Shown here: piece by piece, positions 37,844 through 47,221 of the stretch | Position numbering within the stretch: the first letter of the stretch is position 1 | How the letters are laid out: each line of letters begins with the position of its first letter | Origin: an uncultured bacterium | Lineage (GTDB): Bacteria > Omnitrophota > Omnitrophia > Omnitrophales > Aquincolibacteriaceae | NCBI GenBank assembly: GCA_964385615.1 | Contig: CAYLPP010000003.1 | Span: 75,288 to 139,287, forward strand | DNA: 64,000 nt | Direction: 5' to 3' | Translations under genes and position numbers: made by a program | The notes under the pieces: generated by a model | Databases searched by the model: none | Told to the model about the DNA's origin: nothing | What the model saw: the letters and a program-made list of their open reading frames with translations, nothing else

Positions 37844-37860
37844 TGGCACAGGCTTTGCAT
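37844..37860 (+). promoter_or_regulatory. sigma54 (RpoN) -24/-12 promoter TGGCAC-N5-TTGCA
   Basis: TGGCACAGGCTTTGCAT ~50 nt upstream of the second amt gene (GGAGG SD at 37898-37902). Confidence 0.75.
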
Positions 37861-37910
37861 TGGCGAGATCAGTTTTTAATAACCCGTAAAAAAATGGAGG
37901 ATTTTGAAAC

Positions 37911-39458
37911 ATGCGAAAAAAAGTAAGCTTTTTAATTCTAGCTGGTTTTTTGCTCAGCATGCTGATTCCCGTGATCAGCTATGCGGCAGGACCTGATCCA
38001 AGCGGCGGCAGTACCGGAGGAATTTCTGATGTCGCGGCGGCTAAAGCCGGTGCCCCAACGCTTGAAGAAGTTGCTGCTGCTGCCGGTCACAACAAAGTCT
38101 CCATCAACTTCGTCTGGACTTTGATTACAGGATTTTTGGTCATGTTCATGCAGGCAGGTTTCGCTATGGTTGAAGCTGGTATGACTCGCGCCAAAAATGC
38201 CGCTCACACGATGGCTATGAACTTCATGATTTATCCGCTGGGCATGCTTGGGTTTTATGTCTGCGGTTTCGCTTTGATGTTCGGCGGTTTCGGAGCGCTG
38301 GGAACCTTGGGCGGTGTCAGTGTTCTTGACCACGAATTCACCATTAATCTTTTCGGAAAAACTCTCGGCCTTTTCGGCGGGAAAGGTTTCTTCCTTTCCG
38401 GCACCACTTATGATGCCGCGGTTTTCACTCTTTTCCTGTTCCAAATGGTTTTCATGGACACTACCGCGACCATTCCGACCGGCTCGATGGCTGAACGCTG
38501 GAAATTTTCAGCTTTCATGATTTACGGCTGTTTCGTCGGAACCATTCTTTATCCAATCTACGGCAACTGGGTCTGGGGCGGCGGCTGGCTGGCTACTCTG
38601 GGTACCAACTTTGGATTGGGTCATGGTCACGTTGATTTTGCCGGCTCCTCTGTCGTTCACATGACTGGCGGTGTGCTTGCTTTTGTCGGCGCCAAAATTA
38701 TCGGCCCTCGTATTGGAAAATTCAACCGTGACGGCAGCCCCAACGCCATCCCGGGCCACAATCTTCCGATGGCCATTATCGGTACTTTTATTCTCGCCTT
38801 CGGTTGGTTCGGTTTCAACCCCGGTTCCACGCTCGCGGGAACTGACCTTCGTATCGGTGTTGTCGCCACGAACACCATGCTGGCTTCCGCCACCGGCGCG
38901 CTTGTCGCCTGCCTGTGGATGTGGCTGGTCCGCACTAAAAAACCGGATCCGGGCATGATGTGCAACGGGATGCTCGCCGGTCTTGTGGCCATCACGGCAC
39001 CTTGCGCTTTCGTGAATTCCGTAAGTGCCTGCATCATCGGCATCGTTGCGGGTATTCTGGTTATTGAAGCGGTTTATTTTATCGAAGGTGTTTTGAAAAT
39101 TGATGATCCTGTCGGCGCCGTCGCGGTTCATGGTGTCAACGGAGCCTGGGGAGTTTTGGCCACCGGTCTTTTCGCGGACGGCACTTATGGTGACGGCTGG
39201 AACGGTGTCGCGGGAACTGTCAAAGGTCTTTTCTACGGTGACGGCGGACAATTTATCGCCTCCTGCATTGGTGTCCTGGCCAACGTGCTGTATGTCGGCA
39301 TCATGGGCTATATCGTTCTCAAAGGGATTGACCTTGTGGTCGGTCACCGCGTAGCTCCGGACGATGAAATCGAAGGTCTTGATATTCCGGAAATGGGCAC
39401 CCCCGGCTATGTGGGTGTGAAAATGGATAAGTTTCAGGAAACCCCGATTTCCCGGTAA
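37911..39458 (+). CDS. amt: ammonium transporter (Amt/MEP family) with cleavable signal peptide
   Basis: 515 aa; signal peptide MRKKVSFLILAGFLLSMLIPVISYA, DFAGSSVVHMTGGVLAF signature. Confidence 0.9.
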   Translation: MRKKVSFLILAGFLLSMLIPVISYAAGPDPSGGSTGGISDVAAAKAGAPTLEEVAAAAGHNKVSINFVWTLITGFLVMFMQAGFAMVEAGMTRAKNAAHTMAMNFMIYPLGMLGFYVCGFALMFGGFGALGTLGGVSVLDHEFTINLFGKTLGLFGGKGFFLSGTTYDAAVFTLFLFQMVFMDTTATIPTGSMAERWKFSAFMIYGCFVGTILYPIYGNWVWGGGWLATLGTNFGLGHGHVDFAGSSVVHMTGGVLAFVGAKIIGPRIGKFNRDGSPNAIPGHNLPMAIIGTFILAFGWFGFNPGSTLAGTDLRIGVVATNTMLASATGALVACLWMWLVRTKKPDPGMMCNGMLAGLVAITAPCAFVNSVSACIIGIVAGILVIEAVYFIEGVLKIDDPVGAVAVHGVNGAWGVLATGLFADGTYGDGWNGVAGTVKGLFYGDGGQFIASCIGVLANVLYVGIMGYIVLKGIDLVVGHRVAPDDEIEGLDIPEMGTPGYVGVKMDKFQETPISR

Positions 39459-39483
39459 TCAACTCAACGAGGAGGATTTTGAA

Positions 39484-39825
39484 ATGAAAATGATTCAGGC
39501 AATCATCCGGCGCGAGAAACTTCCGGCCGTTAAGCAGGCGCTGGATGCCATCAACTGTCCCGGCATGATGATCTGGGAGATCGTCGGGCACGGCAAACAG
39601 CAAGGCATCACGGAGCAGTTCCGCGGCCGCGAGTTTAAAGTGGATCTGCTGCCGAAAACGAAGATCGAAATCGTCTCGAAGGACTCTCAAGCCAAAGGAA
39701 TCGTGGACGCAATTGTGAAAGCCGCGAGCACGAACACCATCGGCGACGGAAAGATTTTTATCTACAGCATTGAAGACGCTGTAAGAATCCGTACCGGCGA
39801 GCATGGCGAAGTGGTTGTAAGCTGA
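39484..39825 (+). CDS. glnK: nitrogen regulatory protein P-II (GlnK type)
   Basis: 113 aa; MKMIQAIIRREKL, T-loop RGREFKVDL, GDGKIFI. Confidence 0.9.
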   Translation: MKMIQAIIRREKLPAVKQALDAINCPGMMIWEIVGHGKQQGITEQFRGREFKVDLLPKTKIEIVSKDSQAKGIVDAIVKAASTNTIGDGKIFIYSIEDAVRIRTGEHGEVVVS

Positions 39826-39842
39826 CTTCTTCCCCCGAGCAA

Positions 39843-39879
39843 AAAACCCCCGGGGCCGAAAGGCTCCGGGGGTTTTTGT
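39843..39879. terminator. rho-independent terminator (CCCCCGGGGCC-gaaa-GGCTCCGGGGG + T-run), shared by convergent glnK and livF
   Basis: seen in sequence. Confidence 0.7.
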
Positions 39880-39892
39880 TTCTAAACCAAAA

Positions 39893-40594
39893 TTATTCGC
39901 CGAGGTAGGACTGTTTTACCCGCGGATTATGAAGAAGTTCCCGCCCGGTGCCTTCCAAATCAATTTTTCCACTTTCAATCACGTAAGCGTAATCCGCCAG
40001 TTCCAGCGCTTTAAAAGCATTTTGCTCCACAAGCAGGACCGTAATTCCTCGCTCGCTGATCTTGCGGATTAAGCCGAAGATCATCTCCATAATTTTAGGC
40101 GCGAGGCCCAGACTAGGCTCATCCAAAAGCAGAAGCCTCGGGCGGGCCATCAACGCCCGGCCCATCGCGAGCATCTGCTGTTCCCCTCCGCTCAAATTTC
40201 CGGCAAGACCTTTGAGGCGGGTCTTTAAAATTGGAAAAAGCGAAAGCATTTCATCTTTGTCCTTCAAAATTTCCTTGTCCCGGCGCGTGTAGGCTCCAAG
40301 ATCGAGATTTTCTTCTACCGTCAGGTGGGGAAAAATCCGCCTGCCTTCCGGCACCTGGGTAATCCCCAATTTCACAATGCCGTCCGGGCGCAAATTCTCG
40401 ATGGGTCTGCCTTCGAATTTAATCGTTCCTTTGCGCGCCGCCACAATTCCTGAAAGAGTCATGAGGAAGGTTGTCTTCCCCGCGCCGTTGGAGCCGATCA
40501 GCGAAACGATGCTTCCGGCAGGCACACTCAGATTAATGCCTTTGAGAATCTCGATTTTTCCATACCCCGAATGCAGGTCCTGAACTTCTAACAT
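39893..40594 (-). CDS. livF: branched-chain amino acid ABC transporter ATP-binding protein (LivF-type)
   Basis: 233 aa; Walker A GSNGAGKTT, signature LSGGEQQMLAMGRAL, Walker B LLLDEPS. Confidence 0.85.
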   Translation of the reverse strand: MLEVQDLHSGYGKIEILKGINLSVPAGSIVSLIGSNGAGKTTFLMTLSGIVAARKGTIKFEGRPIENLRPDGIVKLGITQVPEGRRIFPHLTVEENLDLGAYTRRDKEILKDKDEMLSLFPILKTRLKGLAGNLSGGEQQMLAMGRALMARPRLLLLDEPSLGLAPKIMEMIFGLIRKISERGITVLLVEQNAFKALELADYAYVIESGKIDLEGTGRELLHNPRVKQSYLGE

Positions 40595-40667
40595 ACGTCC
40601 GCCTTACAGCTATCTAAGAAGCGGAGGCTGGAGGAAGGCAGGTTGTCTGTAGAGCAGCTCTCGGAGG

Positions 40668-40689
40668 CGTTTGGGGAGCCCCAAACGCT
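40668..40689. other. perfect GC-rich hairpin (GCGTTTGGGG-ag-CCCCAAACGC) in the 177-bp livG-livF spacer
   Basis: seen in sequence; spacer is unusually GC-rich and self-complementary. Confidence 0.4.
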
Positions 40690-40771
40690 GAGAGTAGCAG
40701 GCGGTCGGGGCCGGCAAGCACCGAACCGCCGTTGCTCGCAAGACAAGCCTGACTGACGACTGCCGAAACGA

Positions 40772-41599
40772 TTAATCATGTTTCACCTTGCCAAGATAAG
40801 CTTCGATGACTTTGGGATTGTTCTGAACTTCCTTCGGCGTTCCGTCAGCGATTTTCTTGCCGTAATCCAGCACCACAATCTGATCAGAAACGGGCATGAC
40901 CACCTTCATATCATGTTCAATCAAAAGAATCGTGGCCCCGTTATCGCGAATCGCCCGGATCAAATCCAGAAACTCTTCCTTCTCTTTCGGATTCATCCCC
41001 GCGACAGGTTCATCCAGAAGAAGCAGTTTAGGTTCAGAAGCCAGCGCCCGGGCCATTTCGAGCTTGCGCTGATGGCCGTATGAAAGATTTCGGGCAAGTT
41101 CGTGGGATTTCCCGGCCAGACCGAAAAAATGAAGGAGCCTTGAAGCATGCGTGCGGAGCCTTTTTTCCGCCACCCGAATCCGGCGTGTCCGGAAAAGCGA
41201 ATCCATGAGATTCGGCCAAGTCCGGAGATGCGCGCCGACCATCACGTTTTCCAGCGCGGTCATGTTCTTAAAAAGACGAATCGTTTGAAACGTGCGGGCG
41301 ATTCCTCGGGCGGTGATTTGATAGGGCTCCAGACGGTTAAGAAGCGTCTGAACGTCTCCGTAATAAACCGTCCCCTCTTCCGGCGCGGCAATTCCGGTCA
41401 GACAGTTGAACAAAGTGGTTTTGCCCGCGCCGTTGGGTCCAATCAAACTGACGATTTTTCCCTTTTCGACCGTGAAGCTGACCTTTTCAAGCGCGGTGAC
41501 CCCGCCAAAGCGCTTGGTCACGTTTTCGACTCTTAAAAGAAAGGATTCGGAAATCCCGTGCCCGGATCTTGAAGATTTCATCCGCTTCGCGATTTTCAC
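40772..41599 (-). CDS. livG: branched-chain amino acid ABC transporter ATP-binding protein (LivG-type)
   Basis: 275 aa; Walker A GPNGAGKTT, LSYGHQRKLEMARAL, LLLDEPVAG. Confidence 0.85.
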   Translation of the reverse strand: MKIAKRMKSSRSGHGISESFLLRVENVTKRFGGVTALEKVSFTVEKGKIVSLIGPNGAGKTTLFNCLTGIAAPEEGTVYYGDVQTLLNRLEPYQITARGIARTFQTIRLFKNMTALENVMVGAHLRTWPNLMDSLFRTRRIRVAEKRLRTHASRLLHFFGLAGKSHELARNLSYGHQRKLEMARALASEPKLLLLDEPVAGMNPKEKEEFLDLIRAIRDNGATILLIEHDMKVVMPVSDQIVVLDYGKKIADGTPKEVQNNPKVIEAYLGKVKHD

Positions 41600-42618
41600 G
41601 TCCGCTTCCTCCGTCCTTCACGAAGCTCAGCGACGTGCCGCTTTTCACCCAGCATCCCTTCCGGGCGGAGAAGCATCATAAGAATCATGGCAATCCCGAA
41701 AAGAAGCATACGGTAAACTTCAAAACCGCGCAAAAACTCCGGCAGAAGACTCAAAACAAAAGCGCCCAGAAGCACACCCTTAATATTTCCCAGTCCTCCC
41801 AAGACCACCATCGCGAGCACCATGACTGAAAACACAAAATCAAAACTATCCGGCGATACCGTCCCTTGTTTGGCCGCGAAAACGCAGCCCGCAAGACCCG
41901 CGATGAATCCGCCGATCGCGAATGCCAGAAGTTTGGCCCGCATCAGATCAACCCCCATACAGGAAGCGGCCAGTTCATCTTCACGAATCGCGACCCAGGA
42001 GCGCCCAAGAGGCGAAGCTTCCAGACGGCGTAAGGCGTAAACTGTCAAAAGAACCAAGCCTAAAATCAAAAAATAATACGGTTCAGATTTCACGCCGAAA
42101 TCCAGCTTAAGAAATCCAATCGAGGGGTGATCAATGCCCAAAAGGCCGTTGGGCCCGCCTGTAACATGATCGAGGTTATTAAGGACAATCCGCATGATTT
42201 CACCGGCTCCCAGCGTGACGATGGCCAGGTAGTCTCCCCCGAGACGCAAGGCCGGAAAAGCCAGGAGAATGCCGAAAAAAGCGGCGGCGAAAGCGCTGGC
42301 CAGAAGCCCAGGCCAGAACGGCATATGAAAATGCAGATTCAGCAGAGCATAGGTGTAGGCCCCCACCGCGTAAAGAGCCGCGTAACCCAAATTTAAAATG
42401 CCGGCGTAGCCGACAATCACGTTAAGCCCGAGCGAAACCAGCATAAAAATCCCCGCGGTCACCATCACGTCCACGTGATAAGGATTGCGGTCAAAAAATG
42501 GGAAAAGAAAAAACACGGCAATAATCACGGCAACGCGGGTGCGGGGAGAAAATGTTTTCAAACCGTTCAAAGCCTGAGAAACGAAAGATGATTTTACTTT
42601 TTTAGTTTTAGTCATCAA
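41596..42618 (-). CDS. livM: branched-chain amino acid ABC transporter permease (LivM-type)
   Basis: 340 aa; multi-TM permease; 4-nt overlaps with neighbours. Confidence 0.85.
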   Translation of the reverse strand: MMTKTKKVKSSFVSQALNGLKTFSPRTRVAVIIAVFFLFPFFDRNPYHVDVMVTAGIFMLVSLGLNVIVGYAGILNLGYAALYAVGAYTYALLNLHFHMPFWPGLLASAFAAAFFGILLAFPALRLGGDYLAIVTLGAGEIMRIVLNNLDHVTGGPNGLLGIDHPSIGFLKLDFGVKSEPYYFLILGLVLLTVYALRRLEASPLGRSWVAIREDELAASCMGVDLMRAKLLAFAIGGFIAGLAGCVFAAKQGTVSPDSFDFVFSVMVLAMVVLGGLGNIKGVLLGAFVLSLLPEFLRGFEVYRMLLFGIAMILMMLLRPEGMLGEKRHVAELREGRRKRT

Positions 42619-43523
42619 ACTTTTTTAACAACTCTCGCCCCGAGAAGACCGGAAGGGCGGAACAAAAGAATTAAAATGAGAATAAAAAACGCGAAAACGT
42701 TTTTCCACTCCGAAGAAATATAACCGGCTCCCAGACCTTCCAGGATGCCAAGCAAAACTCCCCCAACCATCGCCCCGGGAATATTACCGATCCCGCCAAG
42801 CACCGCCGCGGTAAAAGCTTTGAGCCCCGCAAGATAGCCGTCATGGAAATTAATGGTGTTGTAATACATCCCGAACATGACGCCTCCGGCACCCGCCAGC
42901 GCGGAGCCCACCACAAAAGCCGCGGAAATCACTTTATCCACCGGAACACCGATCAGGCTGGCGGCCTGGCGGTCATCAGCCAGCGCGCGCATGGCTTTTC
43001 CAACCCTTGTTTTTTTCACAAAAAAATGCAGTCCGGCCATAAGAGAAAGGGAAACGGCGGAAATCATCAGCTGAAGACTTGTAAAGTGAACCCCGCCGGC
43101 CGTGAATTTCGCGGGCGTGAAAATTTCCGGGAAATTCTTATCCGCAGGTCCGGCGATCAGCATGACAACGTTTTGAAGCAGAAATGAAACACCGATGGCG
43201 GTAATCAGCGGAGCAAGCCGGGGAGCGTTCCGTAAGGGTTTATACGCCAGACGTTCAATGCAAAATCCAAGCGCGCCGGTACCCGCCATAGCGAAAATAA
43301 AAACAACGGGAATAAAAAAAAGATTTCCTCCCGCGCTGAACATTCCGTGGAAAAGGCCGTAGGCCAGAAGGCCGAGGTAGGCGCCCACCATAAAAACTTC
43401 ACCATGGGCAAAATTAATCAGCTGGGCGATTCCGTAAACAATCGTATAGCCCAGCGCGATCAGGGCGTAAATCATGCCGATCGTCAGGCCGTTTACGATC
43501 TGCTGAAGAAAAACGTCAGACAT
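42615..43523 (-). CDS. livH: branched-chain amino acid ABC transporter permease (LivH-type)
   Basis: 302 aa; multi-TM, EAA-like loop. Confidence 0.85.
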   Translation of the reverse strand: MSDVFLQQIVNGLTIGMIYALIALGYTIVYGIAQLINFAHGEVFMVGAYLGLLAYGLFHGMFSAGGNLFFIPVVFIFAMAGTGALGFCIERLAYKPLRNAPRLAPLITAIGVSFLLQNVVMLIAGPADKNFPEIFTPAKFTAGGVHFTSLQLMISAVSLSLMAGLHFFVKKTRVGKAMRALADDRQAASLIGVPVDKVISAAFVVGSALAGAGGVMFGMYYNTINFHDGYLAGLKAFTAAVLGGIGNIPGAMVGGVLLGILEGLGAGYISSEWKNVFAFFILILILLFRPSGLLGARVVKKV

Positions 43524-44668
43524 CAGGCTTCCGCGGGCCCCACATATTCGAGTTTGCCGTCACGAAATTTAAAAACCCCGATAAACTGGTGTTTGTTATC
43601 ACCCTTCTCGTCGAAAACAACGGGCCCGGTGATTCCCTTAAAGTCAGGAATTTCACGCATGGCCTTCAGAACCGCTTCACGATTTTTGGAGCCGGCTTTG
43701 CGCACCGCATCAATCAGAATGTTGGCGGCATCATAAGAATAAGCCGACCACTGCCCGACTTCGCCGTATTTGCTTTCGTAAGCTGAAATAAAAGCTTTAG
43801 CGGCAGGTACCTGGTGGATATCCCCGCCCACCATGGTCGCCAGAGTCCCTTCAGCAATCTCCGGAGTCGCCAGCTGGGAATAAATTGGGTTAGCCAGACC
43901 GTCCCCGCCCATAAATTGCACGGAACTCATTCCGAGTGAACGCGCCTGGCGGATCAGCAAAGCGCCTTCCGGGTAAACTCCGCCGAAATAAATCAATTCC
44001 GGATTCAGCGGTTTAATTTTAGTCAGAAGCGGAGTGAAATCTTTATCGCCCTGCGTGATGCCCTCATGCCCCATGACATTCAAGCCAATCTTGCGGGCTT
44101 CCTTATCAAACTCGTCCGCTAAACCTTTTCCGTAAGTAGTCTTGTCATCAATAATGAAAATATTTTTGACTCCCAGTTTTTGCATCGCGTAATGCGCTCC
44201 GCGCGGCCCTTGAACATCATCCGTCGCGGAAACACGAAAGAAAGTATCAAAGCCCTGCTTGGAAAGATCGGGATTCGTTGCCGTCGCCGTAACCTGAGTA
44301 ATACGCGCTTCGTGATAAACCGCGGAAGCCGGTTTGGTACAGCTGGAGTTGAAATGCCCTACTACAGCAACGACATCTGAATCTGAAACGAATTTTTTGG
44401 CAATATTCACCGACTGCGCCGGGCTGTGCTGATCATCCAGGCTGACGACTTCCAGCTTCATCCCGGGAAGCACTTCACCTTTCCGGTTCGCTTCATCCAC
44501 GGCCAGCTCTACCCCCCGGCAAGTATCGATCCCAAGCTGAGCCTGGTCGCCGGTCAACGGGCCCGCGCAGCCGATCTTGACAGTATTTCCGCCGGACGAA
44601 CCGCCTGAACAGCCTTGAACCGCGAGAGCAAGAACGAACAAAAGTATGGAAGAACAATTTTTTTTCAT
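43523..44668 (-). CDS. livK: ABC transporter substrate-binding protein, LivK/LivJ family (lipoprotein)
   Basis: start trimmed to MKKNCSSILLFVLALAVQGC (signal + Cys) rather than the longer ORF to 44809 that would overlap dedA; periplasmic binding fold type I. Confidence 0.8.
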   Translation of the reverse strand: MKKNCSSILLFVLALAVQGCSGGSSGGNTVKIGCAGPLTGDQAQLGIDTCRGVELAVDEANRKGEVLPGMKLEVVSLDDQHSPAQSVNIAKKFVSDSDVVAVVGHFNSSCTKPASAVYHEARITQVTATATNPDLSKQGFDTFFRVSATDDVQGPRGAHYAMQKLGVKNIFIIDDKTTYGKGLADEFDKEARKIGLNVMGHEGITQGDKDFTPLLTKIKPLNPELIYFGGVYPEGALLIRQARSLGMSSVQFMGGDGLANPIYSQLATPEIAEGTLATMVGGDIHQVPAAKAFISAYESKYGEVGQWSAYSYDAANILIDAVRKAGSKNREAVLKAMREIPDFKGITGPVVFDEKGDNKHQFIGVFKFRDGKLEYVGPAEA

Positions 44669-44669
44669 A

Positions 44670-45290
44670 TCAGTCTTTTCCTTTTTCGCCGGAAGCACTT
44701 TCTTTTCTATGATCCAGCCATTCTTTGAGAATCGGCAGAATGGATAAAAAAATGACGGCAAGAATAACCCAGTGAAGTTTCTTATCAATGTCGGGAATGG
44801 AACGGGCAAGAAAATAGCCGGTGAGCGTCATGCTTAAAACCCAGCCGATACCGCCAAGAATGTTATAAGTTAGAAACGTTCTATAATCCATACGCCCCAC
44901 ACCCGCCAGCGTCGGCGCGAAAGTACGAACAATAGGGACAAAGCGGGCAAGCACGATCGTCTTGGGGCCGTGCTTTTCATAGAAACGGCGGGTCTTATCA
45001 ATATGACTCTTGCGGAAAATCAGCGAATCTTCCTTACTGAAAAGCTTGGGACCGATCCGGTAACCGATTAAATAGCCGACACTGTCGCCGATCACGGCCG
45101 CGGCGATCAGGTAGATATTCAGCCAAACAATATTGAGGGAATTTTCAAGCGCGCAAAGAAGGCCGGCCGTAACCAGCAGAGAATCGCCGGGAAGGCAGAA
45201 CCCAATCAAAAGGCCGGTTTCAGCAAAAACTATCGCGATGAGAATAAAATACCCACCCCATCGGATCAAATCATCTAGCGGTAAATGCAA
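44670..45290 (-). CDS. DedA/SNARE-associated family membrane protein
   Basis: 206 aa; GYFILIAIVFAETGLLIGFCLPGDSLLV DedA signature. Confidence 0.8.
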   Translation of the reverse strand: MHLPLDDLIRWGGYFILIAIVFAETGLLIGFCLPGDSLLVTAGLLCALENSLNIVWLNIYLIAAAVIGDSVGYLIGYRIGPKLFSKEDSLIFRKSHIDKTRRFYEKHGPKTIVLARFVPIVRTFAPTLAGVGRMDYRTFLTYNILGGIGWVLSMTLTGYFLARSIPDIDKKLHWVILAVIFLSILPILKEWLDHRKESASGEKGKD

Positions 45291-45351
45291 AGTCAGTCCT
45301 TGTTGCGGGTTAGAGTTGCCTTAGTATAGAGAAAACAAGCGTGTCCTGCAA

Positions 45352-47142
45352 TTAAGTTTCGTTTCGAAGCACTTTGGCGGATTTGGACCAAGCGCTCGCG
45401 AAGATAAAAAAAGCGCAGGCAGTCATGACGAAAATCAGCGCGATATTCAGCTGAATCATCCACGGCGCCGCGGATTTCGGCCAGTAATGGCGCGTGATCA
45501 TCTGAAACGCCGCAGCCAGCGTCGTCACCGTTACAAACGAAAGCGGGAGCAAAGTCACCCAGAGATAGCGGACTTTTCCCATCTTGACCAAAATCACACT
45601 TCCAATCGCCAGAGCGATCGCGGCCAACAGCTGGTTGGCTATCCCGAACATGGGCCAGATGGTACTGATACTCGCGTTCCAGATCAGGTACGTCCATCCC
45701 CCTACAATAATCAAACTCGCCAGAATGTTGCCGGGGAGCCAGTCGGTTTTCTTAAATGGAGCGTAAATCCCGCCCAGAAATTCCTGAAGAATAAACCGGG
45801 CGATCCGGGTGCCCGCGTCAATCGTGGTCAAAATAAAAAGCGCCTCAAACATAATGGCAAAGTGATACCAGTACTTCATAAAACCGGCCAGCCCCGGAAT
45901 CGCGCTAAAAATCTGCGCCATGCCTACGGCCAGCGAAACCGCTCCGCCGGTACGGCCCACCAGGGTCGCCTCACCCACTTCTTTTGTCAGCCAATCCAGA
46001 TTCACAGGCACCAGACCCAGCTTTTCAAAAACAGCAGGCGAAACATTGATCGCGTAATAATCCGCGGGGTGAAGCGCGCATACCGCGATCAGGCAGACAA
46101 TCCCGACCAAGGCTTCAAAAAGCATACACCCGTAGCCGATAGGCCGGGCGTGACATTCATTCGAAATCATTTTCGGTGTCGTGCCGGAAGAAACCAGCGC
46201 GTGAAACCCTGAAATCGCTCCGCACATGATGGTGATAAAACAAAACGGCCACAGCTTACCGGGAACTATCGGGCCTCCGCCGTGAATAAATTCCGTCAGC
46301 GGAGGAAACTGCAGTTTGGGGTTCACAACCACGATCCCCGCGATTAAAAAGAAAACCGTTCCCAGTTTCATATAACTGCTCAGGTAATCGCGCGGAGCCA
46401 GCAAGAGCCAAACTGGAAGCACGGAAGCCGCGAAACCATAAATCGCCATCGCGATCATGATTTGCTGGCGGTTTAAAAGAAAAATGGAATTCAGCCAGGG
46501 AATTTCCGGAACCCACCGGCCGAACACCACCGCGGCCAAAAGAGCCAGCACTCCGACGATGGTGGCATTGCGCACCGCGTCATGAGCACCTTTTTTAAGC
46601 GCGAATACGTAAAACCCCATAATCATGGCAATCGGGATACTGGCCGCGATCGTGAAAGTACCCCAGGAGCTTTCAGCAAGAGCGTTGACCACGACAAAAC
46701 CAAGCCCAGCGAGCGCGACGATCACGATAAATAAAATCGCAAGCGCGCAGGCGAATCCGGCAGGCTTGCTGATTTCAGCTTTCGCGATTTCAGCCAGAGA
46801 CTTCCCTTCCCGGCGCGTTGAGGCGACCAAGATTACGAAGTCCTGCACCGCGCCTCCCAGCACGACGCCAATCACAATCCATAAAAGCCCGGGCAGAAAA
46901 CCGAATTGCGCGGCAAGCACGGGACCGATCAGCGGACCGGCGCCTGAAATCGCGGCAAAATGATGGCCGAAGAGAACCCACTTCGACATGGGGAGATAGT
47001 TTTGGTCATCACGGCAGGTAAACGCGGGTGTTTTTCTTGAAGCGTCGAGCGCGAAAACTTTCGACGCCAGAAAAGCGCTGTAATAGCGGTAGCCGATGGC
47101 GAATGAACAAAGCGTGAAAACAATCAGAGGCAATGCGCGCAT
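45352..47142 (-). CDS. cstA: carbon starvation protein A (peptide/pyruvate transporter CstA family)
   Basis: 596 aa; ~16 TM; N-terminus [18 protein letters not shown] typical of CstA. Confidence 0.9.
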   Translation of the reverse strand: MRALPLIVFTLCSFAIGYRYYSAFLASKVFALDASRKTPAFTCRDDQNYLPMSKWVLFGHHFAAISGAGPLIGPVLAAQFGFLPGLLWIVIGVVLGGAVQDFVILVASTRREGKSLAEIAKAEISKPAGFACALAILFIVIVALAGLGFVVVNALAESSWGTFTIAASIPIAMIMGFYVFALKKGAHDAVRNATIVGVLALLAAVVFGRWVPEIPWLNSIFLLNRQQIMIAMAIYGFAASVLPVWLLLAPRDYLSSYMKLGTVFFLIAGIVVVNPKLQFPPLTEFIHGGGPIVPGKLWPFCFITIMCGAISGFHALVSSGTTPKMISNECHARPIGYGCMLFEALVGIVCLIAVCALHPADYYAINVSPAVFEKLGLVPVNLDWLTKEVGEATLVGRTGGAVSLAVGMAQIFSAIPGLAGFMKYWYHFAIMFEALFILTTIDAGTRIARFILQEFLGGIYAPFKKTDWLPGNILASLIIVGGWTYLIWNASISTIWPMFGIANQLLAAIALAIGSVILVKMGKVRYLWVTLLPLSFVTVTTLAAAFQMITRHYWPKSAAPWMIQLNIALIFVMTACAFFIFASAWSKSAKVLRNET

Positions 47143-47221
47143 AAATACTTTGTCGGGTTAAACCGCTCAACCCGGCGTTCTTCGGCGATTCAAACACGCC
47201 GAAGAACAAACCGGATTACGG

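Noticed and set aside
40588-40779. 63-aa ORF in the livG-livF spacer
   Set aside because: The region is dominated by perfect GC hairpins. The ORF product (Arg/Ser/Pro-rich) looks non-coding and lacks an SD.
43523-44809. 428-aa LivK ORF overlapping dedA by 140 nt
   Set aside because: The N-terminal 47 residues are non-signal-like and overlap dedA. The internal start MKKNCSSILLFVLALAVQGC gives a proper lipoprotein-type signal peptide and a 2-nt gap to dedA.
47143-47221. Possible terminator hairpins between cstA and hppA (TTCTTCGGCG...CGCCGAAGAA)
   Set aside because: The stem is present but not followed by a T-run on the transcribed (minus) strand. It is left uncalled.
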